A DNA stretch of 64,000 bases from Bacteroidetes bacterium UBA6221 (GTDB taxonomy: Bacteria; Bacteroidota; Bacteroidia; Chitinophagales; Chitinophagaceae), in NCBI GenBank assembly GCA_002421685.1, contig DISB01000016.1, positions 378,549 to 442,548 on the forward strand, written 5' to 3'. This document shows positions 27,711 through 36,830 of the stretch, in pieces. The translations under genes were made by a program, and so were the position numbers. Positions within the stretch are counted from its first letter, which is position 1. Every line of letters begins with the position of its first letter. Under the pieces are notes generated by a model that worked only from the letters and a program-made list of their open reading frames with translations, did no database searches and had not been told where the DNA came from.

Positions 27711-28155
27711 CCATTTCCATCTGGTACAAGTGCAGGCCCTTACCCCAGTAGTCGTCTTTGGTGAACATCAGTTGAAAACCGAATTTTTCGTAAAACTTAT
27801 CGGTAAGCTGCGATGTGCGTACACGTATCCTTTTTATGTGCCGATGTTCGCGCAGCCGGTCCAGGTTGTATTGCACCAGCATGGCGCCTGCACCTTTGCC
27901 CATATAGCCGGCGTCCGTCATATACCAGGATAATATGCCCGTGTCCTCACCATCAAAATTATGCCCGCCGCAACCAATTACTTTGTCACCTTCCTTACAT
28001 ACATAAAAGTCCTGCGCATGATTATCTAAAAATATGATAAGGTCTTTCTCCTCATGCTCCGCAAAGAATGTGGGCACATGCTGCCAAAAGATAGTCAGCA
28101 GGCTGTTCCTGTAATTATCGTTATACCGATCTACGTTATATATGGATGTCCCCAT
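27703..28155 (-). CDS. GNAT-family N-acetyltransferase, 150 aa
   Basis: YMGKGAGAMLVQYNLDRL resembles the acetyl-CoA-binding motif A (Q/RxxGxG/A). The size is typical. Confidence 0.75.
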   Translation of the reverse strand: MGTSIYNVDRYNDNYRNSLLTIFWQHVPTFFAEHEEKDLIIFLDNHAQDFYVCKEGDKVIGCGGHNFDGEDTGILSWYMTDAGYMGKGAGAMLVQYNLDRLREHRHIKRIRVRTSQLTDKFYEKFGFQLMFTKDDYWGKGLHLYQMEMDA

Positions 28156-28163
28156 AAGGCCTG

Positions 28164-28430
28164 TTAATCAAAAGTAATATCCGCCACAAAGAACAATATT
28201 ATCAACAAAAGCATAACTATAAAAATACCCTGAAAAACGAAGCTTATATGGTTATTCCGGCGACGCCCGGACGCATCTTTCGACCTTTGTGCATGCCATG
28301 AAAATACATATGCCGCTATAAATGAACCCGGTAAAATAACAACTATCGCAATCACCAGTAAAAATCCTGCGGCCATGGCTGCTTGTAGGAGAATTGTATT
28401 AATGTTTAACATGAACATCTCCTTGAGCAA
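28164..28430 (-). CDS. Small membrane protein (up to 88 aa; the true start may be an internal Met)
   Basis: Two hydrophobic helices (AAMAAGFLLVIAIVVILPGSFIAAYVF, FQGIFIVMLLLIILFFV). The annotated start overlaps the OsmC gene end by 32 nt. Confidence 0.45.
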   Translation of the reverse strand: MLKEMFMLNINTILLQAAMAAGFLLVIAIVVILPGSFIAAYVFSWHAQRSKDASGRRRNNHISFVFQGIFIVMLLLIILFFVADITFD

Positions 28431-28896
28431 TACTTATTTTACACACCGGCTCATGCTTCACCGGGAAATTAACCGAAGCGGCTATAAAACATTTATCGTG
28501 CGCCGCATCGTGCAGGCTGTTGGCCAGTTCTGTTTTGGATGCATCTGTAATAGTGACTACAGGGTGCAAAACCACTTCAGTAAAACGCGCACCGCCGGGA
28601 GCATCCATATCTAATACGCCCCTAGCGTTATCTGTATATTCCGTCACAACTATACCAGCATCGGCGCACAGGTGCAGGTACCACAGCATATGGCAACTGG
28701 AGAGTGAATACACCAGCATATCCTCGGGATTGTGTTTGCTACCATCTCCCCTGAAAGGTGTATCTGACGAACAAAGGATATCTATCTTTCCCTCAACAGA
28801 AAAAGTATGTGCCCGTTCATATTCATCGTACCGGCTGGTACCCGTTCCTTTATTACCTGTCCAGGTTACTGTTGTTGCGTAGTGGTGTTTGCTCAT
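28399..28896 (-). CDS. OsmC/Ohr-family peroxiredoxin-like protein, 165 aa
   Basis: YATTVTWTGNKGTGT...HNPEDMLVYSLSSCHMLWYLHLC...FTEVVLHPVVTI is the characteristic OsmC layout with two conserved Cys regions. Confidence 0.8.
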   Translation of the reverse strand: MSKHHYATTVTWTGNKGTGTSRYDEYERAHTFSVEGKIDILCSSDTPFRGDGSKHNPEDMLVYSLSSCHMLWYLHLCADAGIVVTEYTDNARGVLDMDAPGGARFTEVVLHPVVTITDASKTELANSLHDAAHDKCFIAASVNFPVKHEPVCKISIAQGDVHVKH

Positions 28897-29081
28897 AGTT
28901 TATCTTCCTCCTTCTTCTCCCTCCTCGGCCTTCTTACCAATTCACCGCCGCAGTTAGGACAAGTATTCTCAAGTTTAATGGTGCATTCTTCGCAGTAGGT
29001 GCATTCATAGCTGCATATATAGGCCAGGCCGTCCTGCTGGAGTTCCTTATGGCACTTTTCACATTTGGGTTTCATTTCCAT
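28893..29081 (-). CDS. DUF1272-type zinc-ribbon protein, 62 aa
   Basis: Four Cys pairs: CEKCHKEL...ICSYECTYCEECT...CPNCGGELVRRP. Confidence 0.7.
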   Translation of the reverse strand: MEMKPKCEKCHKELQQDGLAYICSYECTYCEECTIKLENTCPNCGGELVRRPRREKKEEDKL

Positions 29082-29691
29082 AATATGAAGTTACCATTTT
29101 TACCCGCTCATTAGCCTGCGCCATTACTTCTTCCACCATTCCTTTATCAATTGCAGTAAACGCCACCGGCAATGGCGGCTCAATACCATGCTCATCCAGG
29201 AACAACTGCATCCATATATTACTATGCCAGCTTCCCAGTTTGTAACCAATATTAGTGAACATACCTATATCCTCAAAACCCATCGCCCGGTGAAACGCCA
29301 GGCTGCCAACATTGGTAGATAGTATGCTTACGTATATGCTCTTATACCTCTGCTCTTTCATCAATGCAAACAAGGCATTGTATAAAACGCGTGCTATACC
29401 CCTGCGGTGGTGCGCTGCCGATAAATATACCGTCGTCTCTGCGCACCAGCTATAGCCCATCCTTTCGCGGTGGGTGCTGCCGTATGCATAGCCGATTATT
29501 TCACCATTGCATTCGCATACCAGGTAGGGATATCGTGCGCTGATTTTTACTATTCTGCCCCGGAACTCATCCACAGTCGGCACATCGTATTCAAAAGTAC
29601 TGGCGGTTTGCAGCACATAAGGTGTATAAACTTTCAACACTTGCTCCGCGTCGTTTACGGTAGCTAACCGTATTCTGTATTCGTTCATCAT
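29059..29691 (-). CDS. GNAT acetyltransferase, phosphinothricin/L-amino-acid N-acetyltransferase-like, 210 aa
   Basis: IRLATVNDAEQVLKVYTPYVLQTASTFEYDVPTVDEFRGRI and HRRGIARVLYNAL fit the PAT-like subfamily pattern. Confidence 0.75.
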   Translation of the reverse strand: MMNEYRIRLATVNDAEQVLKVYTPYVLQTASTFEYDVPTVDEFRGRIVKISARYPYLVCECNGEIIGYAYGSTHRERMGYSWCAETTVYLSAAHHRRGIARVLYNALFALMKEQRYKSIYVSILSTNVGSLAFHRAMGFEDIGMFTNIGYKLGSWHSNIWMQLFLDEHGIEPPLPVAFTAIDKGMVEEVMAQANERVKMVTSYYGNETQM

Positions 29692-29698
29692 TACTATA

Positions 29699-29727
29699 AT
29701 TTAAAAACCCCGCCATGCGGCAGGGTT
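29699..29727 (-). terminator. Rho-independent terminator downstream of the GSIII gene
   Basis: The minus strand reads AACCCTGCC-GCAT-GGCGGGGTT followed by TTTTTAAATT. Confidence 0.6.
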
Positions 29728-29735
29728 CGTTGTGT

Positions 29736-31928
29736 TTATCTTAAGAACAACAGTTCGCGGTACTTAGGCAGCGGCCACAGTTTGTCGTCCACTATCAGTT
29801 CCAGTTTATCTACATGGTAGCGTATTTTATCAAAGTGTGGCTTCACGTCGTTGCAATACAGGTCGGCGCGTTTGTGACTGTCAGCCACTTTGTTCGCCTT
29901 CTTGCGTGCGTCTATCATGCTCTCCACGTTGTCATTGATGTTCTGTATATGCCTGCTCACCACCTGCACCAGGTTCAGTTGCGCTTTGTAGCTGTCTTCA
30001 CCCAGTCCCAGGTCTTTCAGGCCGCGTACATTTTCTATCAGCCTGTTCTGGTAGGCTATAGCTGCAGGCAATATGTGGTTGGTAGCTATGTAACCTAATA
30101 TGCGGGCTTCTATCTGCACTTTTTTGATGTACTCTTCCAGCATTATCTCCACGCGGGCTTCCAGTTCGCGCTCGCTGTATATATTGTTATCGAAGAACAG
30201 CTTTTTGGCGTTTTCTGTCAGGTACGCGTTCAGCGCTTCGGGCGTGGTCTTCATATTGCTCAGGCCACGCTTCTCGGCTTCTTTTGCCCACTCATCGCTG
30301 TAGTTATCACCTTCAAAGCGTATCTTCTTCGACTCGGCAATGTACCTGCGCAGCACCTGCATAATGGCTATTTCTTTCTTGTCGCCCTTCTCTATCAGGC
30401 CATCCACTTCCGCCTTGAACTTCTTCAATGAATCGGCCATAATGGTATTGATAATCATCAGCGGCGAACCACAGTTGGCGGCAGAACCCACAGCGCGGAA
30501 CTCGAACTTGTTACCCGTGAATGCAAACGGACTGGTACGGTTGCGGTCTGTATTGTCCATCAGCAGCTCGGGTATCTGCTTGTGTATATCCAGCTTCAGT
30601 ATCACTTCGTCCTGCTCGCTGAATTTTTCTTTCACGCGCTCTTCCACTTCGTTCAGCACCTGTGTCAGGTACTGGCCTATATATACTGATATGATAGCCG
30701 GAGGCGCTTCGTTGGCGCCCAGGCGGTGGTCGTTACCGGCAGATGCTATGGCGGCACGCAGCAGGTCGGCGTTATCGTGCACAGCTTTGATGATGTTCAC
30801 GAAGAAAGTCAGGAACATCAGGTTGGTACGCGGTGTTTTACCGGGCGACAGCAGGTTGACACCTGTATCGGTGGCCAGGCTCCAGTTGTTGTGTTTACCG
30901 CTACCATTCACACCCGCAAAAGGTTTTTCGTGAAACAGTACCTTCAGCCTGTGCCGCTTGGCTACTTTATTCATCACGTCCATCAGCAGGCTGTTGTGGT
31001 CCACAGCTATGTTCGCTTCTTCAAATATCGGTGCGCATTCAAACTGGCCGGGCGCTACCTCGTTGTGGCGGGTACGCAACGGTATGCCCAGTTTGTACGA
31101 CTCCTGCTCAAAGTCCTGCATAAAGGCGAAGAGGCGTTCAGGTATGGTACCAAAGTAGTGGTCTTCCAGCTGCTGGCCTTTGGCGGGTGCGTGGCCTACC
31201 AGTGTACGGCCACACAGCACCAGGTCGGGGCGGGCGTTGGCCATCACTTCATCCACCACAAAGTATTCCTGCTCCCAACCCAGGGTAGCGGTTACCTTGG
31301 TTACATTTTTATCAAAGTAGTGGCATACATCTACCGCCGCCTTGTTCAGCTCGTGTATCGACTTCAGCAACGGAGCCTTATAGTCAAGGCTCTCGCCGTT
31401 GTAGGCTATAAATATGGTAGGGATGCAAAGCGTCTTACCCTGCCCGCTTTCTATAATGAATGCGGGAGAAGATGGGTCCCAAGCTGTATAGCCGCGTGCT
31501 TCGAAAGTAGCACGTATACCACCATTAGGGAAGCTTGATGCATCGGGCTCCTGCTGTATCAGCGCGTCACCATCAAATTTTTCAATGGCAGTGCCATCGC
31601 TTTTTATGGTAAAGAAAGAATCGTGTTTCTCGGCGGTAGTACCCGTCAGCGGCTGAAACCAGTGCGAAAAGTGGGTAACATTGTGCGACTCCGCCCATGC
31701 CTTCATACCTGCAGCCACCTGGTCGGCCATGCGGCGGTCCAGTTTTTCACCTGCTTTTATTGAGGCCATCAGGCTTTTGTAAGCCTCATCGCTCAGGTAC
31801 TCGCGCATGGCGCGCTCAGTAAATACATTGCTGCCAAAGATGGAAGTGATTTTTTTACCGGCGTAGTGGCCGATTTTTTTCTCCTCCCTGGCAAGTTCTT
31901 GTAATGCGAGATAACGTAAAGAAGACAT
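29736..31928 (-). CDS. glnN: Glutamine synthetase type III (about 730 aa). The start is set at the ATG at 31928 rather than the upstream TTG at 31946.
   Basis: The length and the N-terminus MSSLRYLALQELAREE...FGSNVFTERAMREYL are typical of Bacteroidota GSIII. The EVAPGQFE catalytic-domain motif is present. Confidence 0.88.
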   Translation of the reverse strand: MSSLRYLALQELAREEKKIGHYAGKKITSIFGSNVFTERAMREYLSDEAYKSLMASIKAGEKLDRRMADQVAAGMKAWAESHNVTHFSHWFQPLTGTTAEKHDSFFTIKSDGTAIEKFDGDALIQQEPDASSFPNGGIRATFEARGYTAWDPSSPAFIIESGQGKTLCIPTIFIAYNGESLDYKAPLLKSIHELNKAAVDVCHYFDKNVTKVTATLGWEQEYFVVDEVMANARPDLVLCGRTLVGHAPAKGQQLEDHYFGTIPERLFAFMQDFEQESYKLGIPLRTRHNEVAPGQFECAPIFEEANIAVDHNSLLMDVMNKVAKRHRLKVLFHEKPFAGVNGSGKHNNWSLATDTGVNLLSPGKTPRTNLMFLTFFVNIIKAVHDNADLLRAAIASAGNDHRLGANEAPPAIISVYIGQYLTQVLNEVEERVKEKFSEQDEVILKLDIHKQIPELLMDNTDRNRTSPFAFTGNKFEFRAVGSAANCGSPLMIINTIMADSLKKFKAEVDGLIEKGDKKEIAIMQVLRRYIAESKKIRFEGDNYSDEWAKEAEKRGLSNMKTTPEALNAYLTENAKKLFFDNNIYSERELEARVEIMLEEYIKKVQIEARILGYIATNHILPAAIAYQNRLIENVRGLKDLGLGEDSYKAQLNLVQVVSRHIQNINDNVESMIDARKKANKVADSHKRADLYCNDVKPHFDKIRYHVDKLELIVDDKLWPLPKYRELLFLR

Positions 31929-32026
31929 TAGATTAATTTTTCGCAAATTTAAATTAATTCCGAAAAAACATCCAAATTTTTTACGAAAAACGATAAAAAA
32001 TCAATATTGTAAAAATATTTACTTTG

Positions 32027-32668
32027 TCAAAATGAAGGATGGATGATGTCTTCGTGCACTACAAAAGCACACGCAAAGTCTTCTTTTACAAGGCCTTGTG
32101 CCTGTATATGCATTTTTGGGTTGGTAAGTTGCAGGTATATATTAAATTCATGCCTATATTCATTTTCTGCGTATTTTTCTATCGGCAGGTGGTCTATGAA
32201 TTCCACCCCGCGCCTGCCCTGCCATTTATAGGCCGCCTCTTTAGCGCTCCATGCCAGGGTAATCAGCTTGGGGTCGTTGACGAAAAACACCTGCTCCTGC
32301 TCCGAGAGGAATTTGTTTTGCAACGCCTCCATGCGCGGGTGCCAGCATTGTATATCTATGCCGCATTCTACGTATGGACTCACCACCGCCGCCACGTATG
32401 GCCAGGAGTGCGATATAGAAAAATAATAGTGGTTATTATCTATACGCGGTTTGTCGTGCTCGTCGGGCCGGATATTTAATAGAGGAAAGTCTTCTTTTAA
32501 GTGCTTCAGCAGGAAGCGGCCCGCCAGCCTTTCTATACGTCGTTTGTCGCTCTTAATATCAGGCGCGGGCATAGCGGTGCGCTCTATAAAAAAGCTTTCC
32601 GGCTCTTCTATCTTCCATATAGCCGCCAGGCTATACGCATCGCTGCTCCATTCTCTGTACAGACCCAT
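32027..32668 (-). CDS. 4'-phosphopantetheinyl transferase (Sfp-type), 213 aa
   Basis: FSISHSWPYVAAVVS...GIDIQ and WSAKEAAYKW are PPTase motifs. Confidence 0.8.
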   Translation of the reverse strand: MGLYREWSSDAYSLAAIWKIEEPESFFIERTAMPAPDIKSDKRRIERLAGRFLLKHLKEDFPLLNIRPDEHDKPRIDNNHYYFSISHSWPYVAAVVSPYVECGIDIQCWHPRMEALQNKFLSEQEQVFFVNDPKLITLAWSAKEAAYKWQGRRGVEFIDHLPIEKYAENEYRHEFNIYLQLTNPKMHIQAQGLVKEDFACAFVVHEDIIHPSF

Positions 32669-32773
32669 CGTGTAAAATTAGCTGATTAGCCGATAGTGCA
32701 GCAATTAACAAGATACAAACATTAGCTAATCAGCTAATCACCACATCAGCTAATTGATATTATATTTGCGCCT

Positions 32774-33310
32774 ATGATACTCTCCGACAAGCGCATACTG
32801 GAAGAAATGGAAAAAGGTACTATCAAAATAGACCCTTACAATCGTGCAGACCTGGGCAGCAACAGCTACGATGTGCACCTGGGGCCTACACTGGCTACCT
32901 ACCGCAACCATATACTGGATGCCAGGGAGCATAACCTGATAGATGTGTTTGAAATACCGGAGGAGGGCTTTGTACTGTACCCGCATATCTTTTACCTGGG
33001 GGTAACGGCCGAGTACACCGAAACACATGCGCACGTACCTTTCCTGGAGGGCAAGTCCAGCACCGGGCGCCTGGGTATAGATATACATGCCACAGCCGGC
33101 AAAGGGGATGTGGGCTTCTGCGGCAACTGGACGCTGGAAATCTCCGTAAAACAACCCGTAAAAATATATAAGGGCATGCCTATCGGGCAATTGATATACT
33201 TCCCCGTAGATGGCGAGATAGAAGTGAAATACAACCAGAAGAAAAACGCCAAATACAGCAACCAGCACAATATGCCCGTTGAGAGCATGATGTGGAAGAA
33301 TAAGTTTTAG
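32774..33310 (+). CDS. dcd: dCTP deaminase, 178 aa
   Basis: MILSDKRILEEMEKGTIKIDPY...GSNSYDVHLG...EGKSSTGRLGI are canonical Dcd motifs. Confidence 0.88.
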   Translation: MILSDKRILEEMEKGTIKIDPYNRADLGSNSYDVHLGPTLATYRNHILDAREHNLIDVFEIPEEGFVLYPHIFYLGVTAEYTETHAHVPFLEGKSSTGRLGIDIHATAGKGDVGFCGNWTLEISVKQPVKIYKGMPIGQLIYFPVDGEIEVKYNQKKNAKYSNQHNMPVESMMWKNKF

Positions 33311-33403
33311 GGGGAGTATTGAGGCCTCTTGTACACAGTAAGCAGTCTAATTCATTAGACTAAGGCATGTTTTCTTTTATATTTGCCTACAAAGAATACC
33401 AAT

Positions 33404-35122
33404 ATGAAAACCTATACTCAAATATTCTCCTTGTTAGTGGTTACGAATTGTTGCTATGCTCAAACACCCTATGTATTTACAGATTTCCCTCTTAACGATG
33501 AAGGGAATATCCATGATATGCATCCTGAAAATTTCTGCGTTTATAATGGCAGATTAATCTTCAGTGCATATGGGAAAAATTTTGGTGCCGAACTGTGGTC
33601 GACCGACGGGACCTCAGCAGGTACGTATATGATTAAGGATATAAACCCTACTGCACCCGGGTCATTTGGAGGTGGTAGTAATCCCGGTGGTTTTACTGAA
33701 ATTGATGAGAAGCTAATTTTTGTCGCCACAACAGACGAATTAGGGAGAGAATTATGGATAACTGACGGCACTAAATCAAATACCAAAATTCTAAAAGACA
33801 TTTTCACAGGCCCTGGGCCTTCTAACCCAGGTGGTTTTACAAGACTGGGAAATAAAATATTGTTCAGGGCAAAAACGTCGAGTACAAATAATGAATTATG
33901 GGTGACAGACGGGACTGCATCAGGAACCATGTTGCTTAAAGACATCAGACCGGGAGACGCTGGCTCAGACCCAAATTTATTCACGCTTTTTAATGGCAAA
34001 GTATATTTTGCGGCAAATGATGGCGTAAATGGAACAGAACTATGGGTTTCAGATGGTACTACACCGGGCACATATATGGTAAAGGACATAGACAGTGGCA
34101 GGAGAGATTCAAATCCGGCATCTTTTACGGTACTATCAGGCAAAATATACTTCTACGCTAAAACTGTCAAATATGGTTCTGAGCTATGGACAACTGACGG
34201 AACGGCTAATGGCACACATATGGTCAAAGACATTTACCCAGGGTATGAAAACGGTGTTATATCCCATTCAACAAACCCAATTCCCGAAAGATTTGCTGTA
34301 TATAATAACAAACTTTATTTCTCAGCTAATGACTCTATCAACGGGTATGAGCTATGGTGTAGTGATGGTACAAACCCCGGAACCTATATGGTTAAGGATA
34401 TAAACAAAGGAATAGAAAGCTCTCAATCAGTTCACCAGTATGCTGTTTATAAGAATAAACTCTATTTCACCGCATATGACGGGATGCATGGAAGTGAATT
34501 ATGGGTAACAGATGGTAGCAATGCGGGTACACAATTAGTAGTAGATTTATCGCCGGGTTCGTCATACTCAGTACCCTCATATTTTATCATGTTTGATGAC
34601 CACTTATATTATAGAGGTAGAAAATCAACTGATCAATTTAATTTTCAACTAATACAGACTGATGGCACAGCAGCCGGTACAAAAGTCATGAATAATCCTG
34701 CTGAAAAATGGCATGAGCCTTTATTAGCTACAAGAGAATTTATAGTCTACGACTCTGCACTTTATTTTGCTGCCTCTTATGATGACCATGGAAATGAACT
34801 GTGGTCGTTCAGTGACACTACAGGACGTTCAATATCACCTCGTGGCGAAGAGAACAATGATAGCATTAACAATAATACACATCTGTCAATTAGTTTATAC
34901 CCCAATCCAAACGATGGCAGATTCACCCTGGAATGTAGTAGTGACTACTTTATTGGAAGCACAGCGCTTATTATTGATATGCTTGGCAGAGAGGTCTCCC
35001 AAAGAAGTATAGATTCTGTCAAAACAAAAATTGAAGTTTCTAACCTGGCGCAAGGTGCATATAAAGCTGTTATTCATTTAGATAAAAAAACATACTCGAA
35101 AACATTTGTAAAATTTGAGTAG
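33404..35122 (+). CDS. ELWxxDG-repeat (beta-propeller-like) secreted protein with a T9SS type-A C-terminal sorting domain
   Basis: Nine repeats spaced at ~48-50 aa: AELWSTDGT, RELWITDGT, NELWVTDGT, TELWVSDGT, SELWTTDGT, YELWCSDGT, SELWVTDGS, FQLIQTDGT, NELWSFSDT. The C-terminus LYPNPNDGRFTLE...GAYKAVIHL is a T9SS CTD. The ATG at 33404 is preferred over the TTG at 33383. Confidence 0.85.
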   Translation: MKTYTQIFSLLVVTNCCYAQTPYVFTDFPLNDEGNIHDMHPENFCVYNGRLIFSAYGKNFGAELWSTDGTSAGTYMIKDINPTAPGSFGGGSNPGGFTEIDEKLIFVATTDELGRELWITDGTKSNTKILKDIFTGPGPSNPGGFTRLGNKILFRAKTSSTNNELWVTDGTASGTMLLKDIRPGDAGSDPNLFTLFNGKVYFAANDGVNGTELWVSDGTTPGTYMVKDIDSGRRDSNPASFTVLSGKIYFYAKTVKYGSELWTTDGTANGTHMVKDIYPGYENGVISHSTNPIPERFAVYNNKLYFSANDSINGYELWCSDGTNPGTYMVKDINKGIESSQSVHQYAVYKNKLYFTAYDGMHGSELWVTDGSNAGTQLVVDLSPGSSYSVPSYFIMFDDHLYYRGRKSTDQFNFQLIQTDGTAAGTKVMNNPAEKWHEPLLATREFIVYDSALYFAASYDDHGNELWSFSDTTGRSISPRGEENNDSINNNTHLSISLYPNPNDGRFTLECSSDYFIGSTALIIDMLGREVSQRSIDSVKTKIEVSNLAQGAYKAVIHLDKKTYSKTFVKFE

Positions 35123-35134
35123 TAGCTAATTTGC

Positions 35135-35201
35135 AAAAAAGGGGTTCCGGGTAGGCATAGACAGAGTCTACCTCTACCCGGCAGCAAGTCTCTCGACTTG
35201 C
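35135..35201. terminator. Hairpin cluster in the gap between convergent genes (possible bidirectional terminator)
   Basis: ccgggtag...ctacccgg is an 8-bp stem at 35147-35181, preceded by an A6 run (T6 on the minus strand). gcaagtc-tctc-gacttgc is a 7-bp stem at 35184-35201. Confidence 0.35.
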
Positions 35202-35215
35202 GACAACCCATACAA

Positions 35216-35890
35216 CTATTTACCCAATATATACCCAACTGATACCTGCGCCTGCAAGGCCACAGCCCATTCCGTGCCCAACCGGCTTTCAATCACATGA
35301 ATATTAGGGTGACGGAAGTAAGCATATTCAGAGGGGTTAGTTCTGCCGCGCTGACTTGTAAACATCACCTTGGGGCCTATACCAATAGACATATCAATAT
35401 CGAACCGCTTACAAATGTAATGGTGACCGCCAAACTGTAGCGCGCAGCCTATGGTACTTTTTATCAAAAGGTATTCATCCTTTTCTTCGGTGTACAATTC
35501 CCAATCCAGCGAATCGCCGAAATACTCTACATGCGGATACTTAAACCAGTTGTAAAACAACCCTAAACCAAAATACACTCCTGAATGGTCAGGGGTGTAG
35601 TTATGCAGCCTGCCATCAAACCTCAGTGTAAAACCTGTTGCCGTACCACGTATTGTGTTGTCAATATTATAACACTTAGGCAATACAAAACCTGTACCTG
35701 CCAGCCAGCTATACTTATTCCAGCGGTGTTCGTACCCGAGTTGTACCACAGGGATCAGCACACTTACAGTCGTTGCACCAAGTTTAACCGCATTATATGG
35801 TTCGTTAGGGCGCGCTGTGCGCACAGTATCTGTAGCATTGGCGGAAGCACAAAAGACAGTGGAGAGCAACAGCAGGTATATAAGTTTCAT
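35216..35890 (-). CDS. Putative outer-membrane beta-barrel protein (224 aa from the ATG at 35890)
   Basis: Signal peptide MKLIYLLLLSTVFCASANA. Alternating beta-strand pattern with an aromatic-rich C-terminal strand (ALQAQVSVGYILGK). Confidence 0.6.
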   Translation of the reverse strand: MKLIYLLLLSTVFCASANATDTVRTARPNEPYNAVKLGATTVSVLIPVVQLGYEHRWNKYSWLAGTGFVLPKCYNIDNTIRGTATGFTLRFDGRLHNYTPDHSGVYFGLGLFYNWFKYPHVEYFGDSLDWELYTEEKDEYLLIKSTIGCALQFGGHHYICKRFDIDMSIGIGPKVMFTSQRGRTNPSEYAYFRHPNIHVIESRLGTEWAVALQAQVSVGYILGK

Positions 35891-35990
35891 AAGTAGAAGG
35901 TTGAGTTGGTATTTCTTCTGCAAATATGCTGCCAAAGTAATAGACACTATGACCCAGAAACCCCCGCCTTAGTTAGTCACCCGGCAATTC

Positions 35991-36830
35991 CTATTGTTTC
36001 AGGAAGAATAAAGTCTGCCTCTTATCACCGTTTGCTATATTCAGAAAATAGTTCCCTTCCGAAAGCCCTATTAAAGACAAAGGGATATTGCCGGGAGCGT
36101 ATAAGGCGGCAGTACGCTGAACTGCTACTTTACCGTTGATATTATACAGTGTCAACATATAGGTTCCAGCCTCCCGCAACGAAATGTATAGTATGTCGCG
36201 TGCCGGATTTGGATATAGGTGTAATGCCAGGGTATTGTCAAATTCATTAACATGGCTGGTACTCTCGGCTAATGTCAGGTTAAAAGGAGCGCTTACCACG
36301 TCGCCAATAGCGGAGCCGGTGCCATCTACAGCGTTGATAATGCCATAGAATGTTACATCACTGCTACCTGCAGCAGGCGCTTTCCAATCAAATTGTACTG
36401 TATAGTCATTGCCTGTCCTGGATAAAGTATGGTGATGTTCTACAAACGTTACGCCTGATAAAACCATCGTATGTTTATCGTTCCCCAGGTTGCTGAATGT
36501 ACCTGCTTGTGTCGAGTCCTGTTTCAGGGCCATAAGCTGAAAACCGAATTTAGGATTGGCGTGGGTACCATTAACGGTTAAAGTGTAAGTTTCTCCGGGT
36601 AAATATTTCCCATTGGCAGGGCTATTGTCCGACTTCTTTTTTAGCACGATACCAGTTCCTGTTACTACCCCGCTGCCGCCGCTATGACAACCGGCGCAAG
36701 TACCCCCGCCGCTGCCGGGCCCACCTGTACCATTAATATTGCCCAGGATGGCCGGGCCGTCGCTATAGCTGTTCAAAGTAATAATCGCCAAAGCAGTCAA
36801 AAAGGTAAATAGTATAAATGTCTTTCCCAT
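35991..36830 (-). CDS. T9SS-sorted secreted protein (279 aa from the ATG at 36830) with an N-terminal CxxCH motif
   Basis: Signal MGKTFILFTFLTALAII. GGGTCAGCHSGG, with CAGCH encoded at 36684-36698. C-terminal T9SS CTD LHLYPNPARDILYISL...GNYFLNI. Confidence 0.8.
   Translation of the reverse strand: MGKTFILFTFLTALAIITLNSYSDGPAILGNINGTGGPGSGGGTCAGCHSGGSGVVTGTGIVLKKKSDNSPANGKYLPGETYTLTVNGTHANPKFGFQLMALKQDSTQAGTFSNLGNDKHTMVLSGVTFVEHHHTLSRTGNDYTVQFDWKAPAAGSSDVTFYGIINAVDGTGSAIGDVVSAPFNLTLAESTSHVNEFDNTLALHLYPNPARDILYISLREAGTYMLTLYNINGKVAVQRTAALYAPGNIPLSLIGLSEGNYFLNIANGDKRQTLFFLKQ

Noticed and set aside
27249-28155. The GNAT plus downstream small gene as a GNAT-type toxin-antitoxin pair
   Set aside because: GNAT toxin systems pair with an upstream RHH/DUF1778 antitoxin. 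Here the partner is a 153-aa Gre-factor-like protein downstream, and no DNA-binding antitoxin-like ORF is present.
30340-31538. Long plus-strand ORFs (197 aa and 270 aa) inside the glutamine synthetase III gene
   Set aside because: They lie entirely antisense to a CDS with strong family motifs. Their translations are low-complexity and Arg/Val/Gln-rich with no motifs, which is typical of shadow ORFs in GC-richer coding DNA.
33343-33360. Hairpin agtctaat-tc-attagact after dcd as a terminator
   Set aside because: The loop is only 2 nt, so the effective stem is short, and the following T-run is interrupted (aaggcatgttttctttt). It is too weak to call.
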